From contig CM120644.1 in assembly GCA_051362555.1 (NCBI GenBank), forward strand, positions 16,204,534 through 16,268,533: 64,000 nucleotides of DNA, given 5' to 3'. The stretch is from Lingula anatina (Eukaryota; Animalia; Brachiopoda). The number at the start of each line of letters is the position of its first letter. Position 1 is the stretch's first letter. Below are positions 1 to 13,095 of the stretch, in pieces. The notes below the pieces were generated by a model. That model was not told where the DNA came from and made no database searches. It was given only the letters and a program-made list of their open reading frames with translations. Both the position numbers and the translations under genes were made by a program.

Positions 1-42
1 AAAAAAATTCTGAAATTGTTTAAAGTTTGATAAAAGCCTTAC

Positions 43-107
43 CTTGTGTTAGCAGCTAGGCTACTTGCCAGCAAGCAGCAGATAATAGAGGCACGTAGAA
101 GTGCCAT
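43..107 (-). CDS. First coding exon (signal peptide) of an unidentified secreted/lysosomal or membrane protein; the gene continues off the left edge
   Basis: aaaATG at 107 reads MALLRASIICCLLASSLAANT (basic residue, hydrophobic core, small-residue cleavage site). It is followed by a canonical donor AG|gtaagg at 43/42 and sits below a CpG-richer, promoter-like region. Confidence 0.65.
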
Positions 108-294
108 TTTCGGAAAGAAACTAGCTCTCCTTTGAATTTCTAGTTGCGTTTCGGGAATTATGTAAACGCTAATAAGGGAACTAGCGGTAAGAGCCTTATC
201 CTCTTCTTGCTCGACTCCCGCTGAAGCGTGAAGCTCGGGGACGGCCCTTTTTAACAAGGCTTCCACTCCGGAGTTGCGGTTCTCAAACTTTGGA

Positions 295-325
295 CCAATT
301 AAGGCGCGCCAAGCCGTCACGTGAC
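295..325. promoter_or_regulatory. Promoter motifs: CCAAT-N9-CCAAG (ERSE-like) and perfect CLEAR/E-box GTCACGTGAC
   Basis: CCAAT 295-299, CCAAG 309-313 and GTCACGTGAC 316-325, about 200 bp upstream of the ATG at 107. Confidence 0.45.
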
Positions 326-2229
326 TTCGAATTCCTCCAAACACCCGATCAAGCATGCGATAGCTTTAGTGGAGTTTTCTTAAGAGTTAGCGTTTCCTTT
401 TTGGACGCGATTAAGTGTGCAAACACTTTCTCAAAGCGGAGAAAGATAAATTTGGTAATTTATTTATCCAGTTATTCAAACCGCACAATACAGCACCATC
501 AGCTGGATAAGGTTGCTTAAACAATCTCACTCATTTAAAATGGTCGTCTTATCATGGAGTGTAGACGGTCCTTTACAAACTTCATGGTTTTGATTAAAGT
601 AAACTTGGTATGTCCGTGGATATATTTAGACACGTAATGATCGCTATGTAATAGCTGGGAGTGCATTTTCAGTGAAACATGGCCATTGCGCCCAATTTCG
701 AGACGAGCTGTTTAAACCGATGTTTGCGCTGTTTTTGTGCCAGCGTCTTATTTTTGCAGCTTCAGCAAATTTTTCCCGAGATTAACACCGATTTATTTTC
801 ACGTTTCCTTCATTGTGTGTATTAAAAGGCGCGGAGAGCTAAATTACATAAAATGTGGTTGTGTGAGCCATTAATTAAGTAACTATCATTCATGTGAACG
901 ACAGATACGGTTAATGGGCATACACTTAATTCTAAATGGGAAATTAAAGGCCGGAGATTAGAGTTAATGTAAAAGCATTGCTTTAACACCAACTTATTCG
1001 TAAATAGTGTTTTATAATTGGACCGATAGTGGATTAAGTTGTCTTCAAATCTCGTGCATCAAGTCAATCAGAAAATGATCCATTTCCTGGGATATAGGTC
1101 TAGGTTCAAGGCAGCCAACTTATCCACCCTTTTCTTTTCATTTAGACGACCACGAATTCTTTTTAAATTCAATGACAAAAGAGCCTTACTGTTTTAGAAA
1201 TTGTTAAAATATCCGAATATGTCTAAAAATGCTTAAGTATTTTTAATTTGCTATAACTCTGGTGAGACCAAAATGATATTTTTTATTCCCTTCTCCCGTT
1301 CCCTACCCGCCTGTCATATTTTCCGAAAGATTTACTACTCAGGACATTTACCAATACTATAAATGTGTCTGTGAAACATGCGGAATAATATTTTAGTTAT
1401 CTGTGCTTGGTAACAATAGTTTTATGAATACTTTCAAAAGTATTCCCTACAGTAAATTCTGTTACCCCTCTCCCCCGTCCCATTAGACTGACAAGCTCCC
1501 GGTACTGCAGTTTCTCTTTCTATTTCTGATGCATTTCACCGGGGGAATTTTTTTCAGTAAAATTCATTTGTTGCTGAAAGTTTTACTGCATCATCATTAG
1601 ATTGCGTAATGCCTTGATAAAACTGCATAGTAAACAAATCAGAATAATATTAAAGCTACTTTTTGTATTCTTGTATGTCATTTAAATTTATCGAGAAAGA
1701 TGTGCACAAGCAGTCACTTCTACAAGTCACAGTCACGTCCCCAAATATGGACACCGAATTCTACAGTCATTTTGCAGTGCGATTTCATTGCAGATTTAAA
1801 CTTTACACTTTCGGGTTATGAATGCACTTAATTGTCTGTAAAGTGTTTCATTGCAGGCTATTTAGAAAAAAAAAGAATTTCAACTTTTTTACGTCTCTAA
1901 CCCGAGTCCAATAATTATTTCATACGCTTCGCATTTCCTTCACTACACAAATCGCTGAACTCTCAGTTTTTCCTAACCAAGACACGTGCTATTTGCCATC
2001 CATTTTCTTTCATTAAAAACTTGCAAAATCTTTTGCTGTCTTAAAATAGTTTTTTAAACCGTGCTTCACCTAGCGACATGCTCGAGGATTGGATCCCGAC
2101 ACGTTTTGGTAATTCTCTTAATCCTGTTTGTACGGTTATCCTAAATATGTCACATTTACTTCGTGATTCGGTCATCCTATGTCAATTACACCTCAATGTC
2201 AATTTCACTTTAGGGTCAATTTCTCTATG

Positions 2230-2232
<3 letters not shown>

Positions 2233-2272
<40 letters not shown>

Positions 2273-2376
2273 ATGTCAGCGCAATTACACACGATAGATT
2301 TGCGCGCGCGTGTGTGTGTTTATGTGTGTTTGCGTGCTATTGTATGCAGCGAGAGAGAGAGAGAGAGAGAGAGAGA
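2233..2376. repeat. (TG)n and (AG)n microsatellites
   Basis: Visible dinucleotide runs. Confidence 0.9.
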
Positions 2377-4749
2377 TAAAATAGTAAAATAAATCAAAAA
2401 CACTGTGTCAGAAAAATAAAAATAAATTAAAAACACTGTGTCAGAAAGTCATGCCAGGATTATAAAAATGTTGCTTGAAAAGATGTTGAAGCAGAAGGCG
2501 GGATGATCGTTTCTGAATATTATTTATTTAATTATTCACGTAGTTTGGAATTTTTTTTATCAAAATCATGCGTGTTGTATCTCACAATATCAAAAATTCA
2601 TCCGCATTGCTGTGGGTTATGACGTTTTTTGATAATATATACAGGTTAAACATTAGAGGTTTAAATATACGGAATTCGAAACGATAAGGTGTGCAGAATT
2701 TATCCATCAAATGAAATAGGATTGGAACTGCTATTTTGAGTTAATTTAGATAAAGAATCAGATAAGCCCTTTATTTTTTCTGTCTCTCCCTGTCCCCAGA
2801 AAACAGCCTATGAGATTTTGATTTTTTTGTGACAAAAATACACATGTATATAGTCTTCTTTGTCTTTGAAACGAGAGTAAAGGTTTGCACAATGTTTACA
2901 GATACAGAATATCCAGACAGGGGCATCAGTATATGAGGGAAATCTGCGAGGAAGTTTGCGTAGCCTTCAGAGATGACAGATTTTGTCTTAAAAAAAAAAC
3001 AGGAGTATCACGTAGGAAGGGGGGGGGGGTGAAAATCATTTCCGGCGTGACAAGTTAAAAACAGCAGTCTGCAATAATTTGGAACCGTAGTTAGTTCCCC
3101 ATTACTTTGAAATATTCATTCGTTACATACACTGGCCCTGATATTTAAAGCTCTGAACCATAATCTATAGTAGACTATAGTAGTCATATGAGAGCCCAGA
3201 CTTCCATTTCTAGGACTACAATTCCTGTCACACTGATAGCACGTTTCAATAAAAAACTGACCTGTAAGGTTATTCTGGCGAGGGGGGGGGGGGAGGGGGG
3301 GACCCCAACCCCCATTACCCCCCCACCCCTCCCAGTGCAGCCGTCCATGTTTAAATAGTTTAACAAGTAACAGTACGTGTGCACTCAAACTATTGATACT
3401 AAAAGCTCAAAAGTGTCGTTAAATCTTTAAGTTGATATTTTTGGTTGGTGTATTTGATGGCATTTCAGACACGCGCAATCAAACAATTTATCCAATGCAT
3501 GATATGTCCAGTGATAGCCACCGTTGTGTAAGACACACCCTGCGTGTCACGGCATTCATGGGTGACATCGAGAAGTGAAAACTTAGGTGTAACACTGTGT
3601 ATTTAGGGTTGAGGCAATCCCTACAGCGCTATACTCAACATCTGAAAAATACGACAAGATAGCCACCAAATTACTAGAGGAGCCTAGATAACATTGTTTT
3701 GCTTGGTTGCTGCAATACATTCGTGCTGTGCTGGTAGCCAGCAAAATATGTCTGAAAGGGTGGACCTTTTAACCCTATATTCGAGAAATGGCATAAAACC
3801 TAGAACAAATTATGATTCAGAATGAACCTTTTTTTTCCGACCAAAAGGAAAGTTCGTTTTAACCCCTGCCCCCCCCCCCCCCTTCACGGCAACGCCTCCT
3901 TTCCTAGGGGCCTGTCCACAGTGGGGAGGAGTCACCGTGTAGCTCCTGTTACACAGGGTGTTGAAGTGGGTACCAGTTTCACTTAACACGAACCACTTAG
4001 AAATGACCAAACTCATTTGCTTTTGCAGCAAAATAAGATTACGAAACATCTGTTTCTGGGCGAAAGTAATGCGTCCAGACAGAGAGACACGAGGTGCCAT
4101 TTTATAATTTTTTTAAATTAGAAATTATTTGAATATGAACGAGAGTTCATTTTTTAGATTTATGTTTTTATTATTAGTATAGTACCAATATCTTTAAAAT
4201 ATTTTTATCTTTAGCAATAAGTAATTTTATTTAACTGTGTTGCGATTTCTACTTAGTTATCGAATCTCACATGGTGTATCAATAATAAAAATTGATGAAC
4301 AATTTCAACAATTATACACCGACATAAAATGTTTTATTTTTCAAAATTTCTGCATTTATTAAAATCCAATATTACATCTAAATGTTAAAATGCCCACGCA
4401 GACCCGGATACAGTGTCATGTCTTTTTTTTATGATCTAATAATATACGATTTGAGGCGATATATCTTTGGTTTACTTCACGATTATGTATGTAAATATCA
4501 GCTGTATGATTAATATTTATCTACAGGTCACAGATATCTTCAAACGGAACTGGATTATTCTAGGCATGTTGTTACAAGGATATTAAGTTGATAAATACAT
4601 GTATATAAAATAAATACATTGTGCTTTTTATCATGTTCTGCGCTTCATCTGAAGCGACTTTTCACCTCAACTTTTTGATTTGATACTTCTATCAACCCCC
4701 CTCCCACGCTTTCGTTATCATTTGAGTGTCGTTTTGGGTGTGTGGGTGA

Positions 4750-4792
<43 letters not shown>

Positions 4793-4929
4793 GCGCATTC
4801 AAAAATTAATGAAATATTCCCCCAGTGTTTATCCCAATATATTATATATGTTCTCTTTGTAATTCTTTAGCAGTCACATGAATGTTATCTCTGTGCTGAC
4901 ACAAATGACCTTTGAAACTTAAAAAAATA

Positions 4930-5205
4930 TTGCAGAGTTGGCAAGTCCCTTTGACAAAACAAAGGACAAAAAGTCAACTTATATCTGATTTAATCTGCAT
5001 GAGACTCTAGGCCTAACATTCAGAGGGAAAAGAAAAATCAGGAAAAGCAGAATGTGTGGTTAGAGACATTCATAAGGAAGTTGAAGACATTCATCACGAT
5101 GTTGTGGACATTCCAAACCTCATCAGCTCTGACAGAGAACTCTGGAACAGCATGGTGGGCTCTATTTTGGATGAATCCACATGTCGATGATGCTCGTGAT
5201 GATTT
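4930..5205 (+). mobile_element. Decayed 3' fragment of an RTE-like non-LTR retrotransposon
   Basis: The frameshifted translation ...LISDLI...RGKRK/SGKAECVVRDIHKEVEDIHHDVVDIPNLISSDRELWNSMVGSIL resembles the RTE ORF C-terminus (G.R..GRP...D...DR..WR..V). A GAT-rich tail follows. Confidence 0.4.
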
Positions 5206-6459
5206 GGTCGCGTAATATTCACAATACATCCGCGTTGTTCGAGCCCAAGTAATATTCGGAAATGCTTATTATACACAGATAAGATTAAATATATATGAGA
5301 AAGACAAAACGGTCGATCAGAATAGGTATGTGAAGTCATATTTCAATTGAAAAAAAAAAACTGACATCGATGTGTTATCTTTTCGTCCTCAGAATGAACG
5401 CCAAGAGTTGCGTCAAAATTAAAGAACAAGTGTCCCCGAAACGAGATAATTTCACATACCATGTTGGCACGGTTGGGATGGGGGTTTGGGGGGGGGGGGG
5501 GGGGGCGGTCGACAGAATCGCCCTTTGGTGCTGAAAAGTTTCTACGCGATACATGTACTCGTATACCATTTTTAAAGATGGTTCAAATTCTTGGTTCAAC
5601 TAACGGGCTAAAAAGATCCATTTTTATAGATCCCCTCCCCCGTGCCCCCCGCCTTCGAAATAGCTGGATATAGATCTAATATGCTGACATTATTCTAGAA
5701 CATTCGTTTGACACGTGCTTTTCAATTTGCGATAGGTCATTTTATTTAAATAAAAATAAATATTTCAACAGTTTTTAACAATTTGTCCTTTATTATCACC
5801 AACGCACACTATATCCGAAACTGTTAACAAATTACGACCTAGAAACAAGGTTTTTGAACTCATAAATTTATCATTTTGAGGGTTTAGAGATCATAATTTT
5901 GTCAGAAGCTTTAGATATTGTGAACCTTGGTGATAGGGCAAACTTGATGACTTTTCAAGAATATAAACTAAAGGCTTTGCTATACTAAAATTGTAAGTCG
6001 CATTGTATACTTTTAATAAAGTAAATATTTGATTTAATTTTAAATGAATATGGTAACGTACGCACTATCTCTTCACGGACGCGATTTAAGTCTTTTGGGC
6101 CTACTTTAACTCCGTATAATGAGCATACCGCCGTGTCCATAGCGTTCCACGGCTTAATCCCCTTCTGATTTCTCCTAACTGGGTGCATCTGCATTTCTTA
6201 CAATAATTGTCCACGTTCGGTCAACTTCGGTGGAGCCTCCAGTAAACATGGGTCTACAAATTTAGAAGATTTTATTTAAATTACTCTAATGATTTCTCCG
6301 TAGAACACGGAGAGAGATTAAGAGTGATGTGGTTAAGGAAAGAAAACCTACCCCGCACACCTCAGCGTCGGTATAAATAGGAAAGCAGACGACACCGTGG
6401 AGCGTGAAGGGTAGACTTAGACTATAAGACCTGTATGTTAATACAACTATTCCTGTGAT

Positions 6460-6475
6460 ACTACTGCTGCATGTT

Positions 6476-6509
<34 letters not shown>

Positions 6510-6912
6510 ATGTTCTACTACATATGTACTACCACTATTTCTACTACTATTATACTACTTGTACTATTACTACTTGTACATGCACCTTACTACTAAAATT
6601 ACGTGTACTTCTACATATGTGCTACCACTGTTACATGTATGTACTATCACTATACTTCTTCTACAACTTCAACTACTACTACTACTAATAGTTTATAACC
6701 ACCGCTGCGGTTCTTTTATTTCAAACTGATGACACCAACTGTACTACTACTACTACTATTACTACTAATAATAATAATGGATTGGCTTTTTCCTTTATTC
6801 CTTTATATTATTTCACTGACAGTTCGCTTGAGTATGCCACCAAAAGGTAACCAAACAAACAAACAAACAAACAAACAAACAAACAATACATAAATAAATA
6901 AATAAATAAATA
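6460..6912. repeat. Degenerate (CTA)n plus (AAAC)n/(AAAT)n simple repeats
   Basis: Visible low-complexity tracts; they explain ORF 6455-6688. Confidence 0.85.
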
Positions 6913-8238
6913 TAGATATAGCCAATTCAATAGACAGAGTTCACATTTGCAAACATCAGTGCAGTTGCAAAGAGACCACCAGACTGTAGTGCTCTACACT
7001 GTGTATTTACAATACATACGTAGGGCAGTGTACAGCGGGCAACGTGCCCCCTAGCTTAGGACCTTTATAACTTCTTGCTTAGGAGGTGCTTCCTTTCCTT
7101 TTTCTCTCCCCCCCCCCCTAAAAAAAATTCCCCTTTCTCTTGGCCTCTTTGCAACCCCACACTTTGAAATGTGTGCACTATTTGTTTGGGATTATATTTT
7201 AAATGTAGATAGGGCCTACTTCTGGCGCACACATAATGTTTATATCATTTATCAACATTATTCAATGTTTATTATAAATATGCTTTATTTCTTTTCAATA
7301 AAAGCGGCCATCATCGGCCAAATTTCGAACATCACACTTTTTAGTTTGTTCCATTCTTTTAAATGACAGATCCTATTTCTTACATCAACTTAGATCAAGG
7401 AGACATAAATTGTGTTACTCTGCACCGTTTCGTGGTGTAGACTGGATATAATACTTATATTAACCTCATAATAAGATCTATTGGTTTGTCTCGTGTCAAA
7501 GCAAACTAAAATGTTAGTCTAAACGTTTAGACTACTATTCAGACTTACGTTATTTTGCAAAGCAAACCCCGGATTTTTAATCTCTTTCTCTCTCTCTCCT
7601 GTCTTTCTGACCTGATGTCGATTATACATTTAATAGCTGTGACACAGCTTGAAAGCAACTTAAATGCAACTAGCTTCAACACTCTTCCTTTCAATTATAT
7701 TTGTCGTACAAAGACAACAACAAAAAAAGAAACAACAACAAAAGCGGTGTATGTAATGCCTACGTTTCTGTGTTCGACCTATATTTGACTACAAAAACGA
7801 AATTGCGATGCAGGCGATTATCGAAAAAGGAGGTCTTTCTATGACCTCGTTCAGATTCAAACTTCGCACCAGATGGATCGATCTACTTACCAGGGGATTC
7901 TGGCTACAAAAGTGCATTCAGTATTATCAGCTTAATTGTCTGACACGCCTCCTTGAGTAGCTAGTTAATTAGTTCATTACCCCATAGCAACTCGAGGAGG
8001 TGTGTCAGACACTTAGGAAGTTGGATCGATTCAGCTAGTACGCTGGGCTGATCTAAATGCTTATTTAATAAACTTGTGAGAGCGTGGTTGGTTTCATATT
8101 CGAAGGAGTGCAGAGATAACTTGTATGCTTCTTTTTTTACTAATGGCTGATGCCTAGATTCACTGAGATAGTGACCTAGGAGAAATTATTGTTGTCACAA
8201 TCAACCTGTCTGGTACCAGACATTAGAGACTTGTCATG

Positions 8239-8486
8239 GACCCCATTCCCATACCTAGATCGATCTAACAGGATCGACCCATCTCCGAGGGTTTTCTCGC
8301 TAAATTGCACTCAACTAAGGCTGCTCTAATGTCTGGCGCGCCTACAGAATCTGTAATTAACTATCATTTAGCAGCTTCAGTAGCTGTGCCAGGCATCTAA
8401 GCCGCTTAAGCTAAATGTGATTTAGCGAGAATCCCCTCGTAGATGGTTCGATCTTGCTAGATTGATCTAGGTATGGGAATGGGGTC
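8239..8486. mobile_element. Fold-back MITE (family A), ~248 bp, probably PIF/Harbinger-type non-autonomous element
   Basis: Long terminal inverted repeat GACCCCATTCCCATACCTAGATCGATCTA...TAGATTGATCTAGGTATGGGAATGGGGTC. Many related copies occur in the window. Confidence 0.8.
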
Positions 8487-8889
8487 ATATATACATTCAA
8501 TTCACTATGACAAAATATATTGCCATCATGCCAGAGATGTGTGATTTTCAGTTTAAAGTACACAGGCCACTAAACTAGCCATTGCCGGTAGAGTTTTTTC
8601 ACATCAGACAACGAGACGTGCGGATATTGGTATGAAAAGGAATATGATATCCCCACTTCGAAGCAACATTCGTAACAGACGAAGAAAAAATAACCCAAAT
8701 TCAAAGACACAAACGCAACATTATTCCCCGCCTAAATAATGTATGTTATGTTGCATAATGTCACTTTAGTGGTTAATGTCGGGGCGAGACAGAACGGGCT
8801 TACGACAATTACATCATTTTCTACAACAGCAGTTTAGATACAGTTTGTAGGAGTTTGATAGTATAATTTTGACAAGACACGGAAAAGAA

Positions 8890-10039
8890 ATGTTTCGAAT
8901 TTTGCCTTTTCTGCATAAACCTTCAGTGTTCGTTCTGACAAAGAGGGGGTTCAAAAAAAGAGAATTTCAGCTGAAGAAGGTGAGTTTGCGCCCTCCTTTA
9001 ACGAAAACTGTTACGTTTTCCGTCTCAGTTTTATTGGGAGTGGGGGGTGGGGGGGGGGAGAGATCTCCAAACGTTCTTTACAAATTTCTATGATTCTCTC
9101 TGGTTAGTTGTTTATACCGTTTACGATTCTAATCGAATTCAGGTCTTGTAATATTTTCTAAAGGATTTTTATTGCAGTAATATTTACATTATGACAAGGA
9201 GGGAGATTGGGGCTATACTCTTAGATGTCTAATCGTTCTCTAGCTTTCCTTCTCTTCTCTCCCTGATCAGGTCAGACAAAATCATGTTTTAAAAAGTATC
9301 ATTAGACACGTAGTTCTTGAAAACTGGTGAGGGAGTTGTACGATTTTAATCAAATTAACATTTAAATATCAAGGTCCTTGCTATTAATTTGTAATAATCC
9401 CACAATAACACAGTTGTAATAACAGGGGCGGATTGAGGCAGTCTTCAGAGTCTTCTGAAAGACGGTCAGATTTTCAAGTTTAGTTTGACGATTATCTATT
9501 TTTTTCTGTCGGAAGACATTCAAAAATCAACAAAGCTAATTTGGAATACTGTCAGAAAATAGCTCTGGATCCGCCCCGTGTATGAGACTGTCATTCCATT
9601 AGGAATTGACACACTTGTCACGTCCAAAACTCACGTAGCATCAGATTTAAATTATTTCAACTAAGACATAAATTCTTAAATGTTTTTTAAATCCATTAAA
9701 AGAAGACTAGCTATAACTGTGACAAGCATTTCTGTGTAGAGACGATGACGGTGGAGTTGGGGGGGGGGGGGGGGAGGGGGGGCACAGCAAGCACAGTGGG
9801 CATAATCCCCCTCCCCTCGATTCTGATGAAAGCCTTTCTTCCCCTTCTCCCGCCCCAAAACCAAATTATGAACAAACGACTCCAGACAAATGCAATTCAA
9901 TACAGTCAAGTTGTTCTAGATTAAAATTTGGAAATCTAAGCTGTAGTTTTATTATTGTGCCTGCGCCAATCTAGCGCCTCTTGAGCATCTAGTTCAGGTT
10001 CTCTGTAGCAATCTATTACTGTGGCGAGTTTAAGCACGT

Positions 10040-10085
<46 letters not shown>

Positions 10086-10332
10086 AACCGTTTATTATCA
10101 CGTATTCTTATATACTTATACAGATGCCGGATGACTATCCCCAAGTGAAAGGATCGGAGGTATGGAGACGAAAGTTCCGCACAAGATTTAGAAATCTTGA
10201 TTCCGATGGTGACGGTTTTGTGTCGGCAAATGATTACGTCATGGGCGCCCTGCTTGTGGCCGAACGCATTGGATTAGGTGGTAATAAGTTCTCTGTCAAG
10301 ACGGCCTTCTCCCCCCCCTCTCTCCCTCTCTC

Positions 10333-10374
<42 letters not shown>

Positions 10375-10988
10375 ACATGGCTTTTGATAACTTACATTTC
10401 TGTGGAAGTTCAATATGCCATGGTATACAGGGGATATTGATTCAAACAGATCTATATATGCACGTCGAGGTTTCATAATAAACTTTCTTTGGGGGAATGA
10501 TGCTACTGACTTTTAAATTCAATTCACATTCAGTAGGGATTTTATCCTATGGCAAAAAATGATCAAACAGAAATATCAAAATTTCAGCAAAACGCACAAA
10601 TGCCTTGGTGGAGAGCAGACTTCACGTATGGAAGAACATTTCTACCAATGGAACGGGCGTGGACACAGTCACCGAGGAGGAATTCATCAACAACGTCCTG
10701 GCAAGCGTCAACTCGTCCATCCGCCATTACATACCCACCCACGGCAGCCGTGAGTTCGATACCATCGACCAAGATGGCGTCGGGTTTGTCTCTCCTAAGG
10801 ATCATGAGCAATTCTTTTATGGAAACGCCATTCCCGTTCATTTTTCTCCGGAAATTTTCAAAGTTCTCGATGCCAACGGAGATGGGAGATTGAGCAGAGA
10901 GGAGTTCGTGCAAGGATGGGTGGATTTTCTTTTGGGCGAAGATCCTGAAAGCCCGTATCATTGTTTTCTTGGTCCATTGGTTGACTGA
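8890..10988 (+). CDS. EF-hand protein, sarcoplasmic calcium-binding protein / luciferin-binding protein family, copy 1 (215 aa with N-terminal presequence; 185 aa from the internal Met)
   Basis: Exons 8890-8979 (MFRILPFLHKPSVFVLTKRGFKKREFQLKK|gtgagt), 10124-10280 and 10588-10988 have GT-AG boundaries and matching phases (0, 1). EF loops are DSDGDGFVSAND, DQDGVGFVSPKD and DANGDGRLSREE. The N-terminus WRRKFRTRF and C-terminus FLGPLVD are SCP-type. Confidence 0.88.
9423..9580. mobile_element. Short non-autonomous DNA element with CAGGGGCGGAT...ATCCGCCCC ends
   Basis: Terminal inverted repeat; a diverged copy in opposite orientation lies at ~45737-45902. It is absent from intron 1 of the paralogous gene copy 2. 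Confidence 0.6.
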
Positions 10989-11655
10989 AACTACATGTAA
11001 TAAGCATACTTCAGTTTCGCCGATATTATGAGAAATGCCCTTGGTTTGCTACATGTTTAACAAATACTCTTTTTGGCAATCCGACTCTGAAACTGAATGA
11101 AATTAGCACCCTTCTTGTGAATTCTTGACTTATAAATTATTTTGAGCAATAAATTTAGGAACTGCTTTAACAGGGGAAATTAAGGGTTATGTACTGATTA
11201 TAATGGCACACTTGATGCGAAACAGTCTATCGATATCGTTTCTTCCACCTTGGGTCCCTTATATTTAAGTTCAATATTGTATTACTCATATTATCCATTT
11301 CATTTGACACTCTCTCTGTTTCTCCCCCTTCCACTCTCTCTTGTAAGGAAGGGAAATAATTTAGCACCAAAATTCTGCATCGATCTTCAGAAAAGAAATG
11401 AGTCAATGAACCAGTGGGCTGGTCCAAAACGTCCGATATAGCATTATTACATCAAATAACAGCTGGCACAATTTTAACTGCAGTTAGCTAGTGTCACTAA
11501 AGATATAATCCGCTGCGCGCTTGAAGCTGTTGAAGGATGGTTCGCTACCGGAGACCGTTTGTTTACGTAAGTTCTCTAAGGGGGCGTGCCTACCCAGGCG
11601 ACCAGGGGATTAGGCTAGTCACTATACGCCGTCAACAATCGTTTAGCGACCCTAT

Positions 11656-11777
11656 CGTTTAGCAGCTTCAGTAGGCGTGTCAGACATCTAAGCCGCTTAA
11701 GCTGAATGTAATTTCGCGAGAATCCCCTCGGAGATGGGTCGATCCTGCTAGATCGATCTAGGTATGGGAATGGGGTC
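11656..11777. mobile_element. MITE family A, right half, at the start of the duplicated EF-hand gene unit 2
   Basis: Matches ~8365-8486 and ends GGTATGGGAATGGGGTC. Confidence 0.75.
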
Positions 11778-12174
11778 ATATATACATTCAATTCACTTTG
11801 ACAAAATATATTGCCATCATGCCAGAGATGTGTGATTTTCAGTTTAAAGCCCACAGCCCACTAAACGAGGTATTGCTGGTAGAACCTTTTCACATCAGAC
11901 AAGACATGCGGGTGTTGGTGTGAAAAGGAATAAACAATTCGTACTCCAAAGAGACATTCGTAACAGACGATGGAAAAACAAACCAAATTTTAGGACACAA
12001 AGGCAACATTATTTCGCGCCTAAATAATGTATGGTATGTAGCATAATGCCATTTTAGTGGTTAATTTCGGAGTGAGACAGAACGGGTTTCTGACAATCAC
12101 AGTATTAATTATTGTACAAGAGCAGTGTCGATACTAGTTTGATAGTTGTAATTTCGACAACACACGGAGAAGAA

Positions 12175-13054
12175 ATGTTTCGAATTTTATCTTTTCTGCA
12201 TAAACCTTCAGTGTTCGTTCTGCCAAAGAGGGGGTTCAAAAAGAGAGAATTTCAGTTGAAGAAGGTGAGTTTGCAACCTCCGTGAACGAAAACGGTTACG
12301 TTTTACGTCTGAATTTTATTGTGTGTGTGTGTGTATGGGGGGGGGGGGGGGGGGGGAGCATTTCCAAACGTTCTTTACCAATTTATATATAATGCTTTAT
12401 GGTTAGTTGTTTATACTGTGTACGATTCTAATCGAATTTAGGTCATGTAATATTTTCTAAAGAATTTTTTTCATTGCAGTAATATTTACATTATGACTAG
12501 GAGGGAGATTGGGGCTATACTCGCTTTCCTTCTCTTTTCTCTATGATCTGGTCAGACAAAATCATGTCAAAAAAGTGTCATTAGACATGTAGTTCTTGAA
12601 AAATGGTCAGGGAGTTGTAAAAGATTTTAACCAAAAGGTGCCTTTCTGAAACAAGAAAAGGTCTCTTTTTAAAAAAAAAAAAAAAAAACAAGGTTCTATT
12701 TTTTCAATCCGTAATAATTTTGCAAACACCTGTCTGACACTGTAATATCATAACAAAATTGCTACACTCGTCACGTCTAAAACTCATGGAGCATCAGATT
12801 TAAATAATTTCAAATGATTTTCTAAACCCATTCATATATTCTTATACAGATGCCAGATGACTATCCCCAAGTGAAAGGATCGGAGGTATGGAGACGAAAG
12901 TTCCGCACAAGATTTAGAAATCTTGATTCCGATGGTGACGGTTTTGTGACGGCAAATGATTACGTCATGGGTGCCCTGCTTGTGGCCGAGCGCATTGGAT
13001 TGGGTGGTAATTACTTCTCTGTCAAGCCAGATCTCTCTCTCTCTCTCTCTCTCT

Positions 13055-13095
<41 letters not shown>

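Noticed and set aside
39-356. Full 105-aa minus ORF as the gene's N-terminus
   Set aside because: Only the last 22 codons, from the ATG at 107, look coding. The upstream part is promoter/5'UTR.
10584-10961. Minus-strand ORFs of 125 aa and 101 aa (also 13356-13661) and plus ORF 10549-10893
   Set aside because: They are antisense or off-frame shadows of the EF-hand exon 3.
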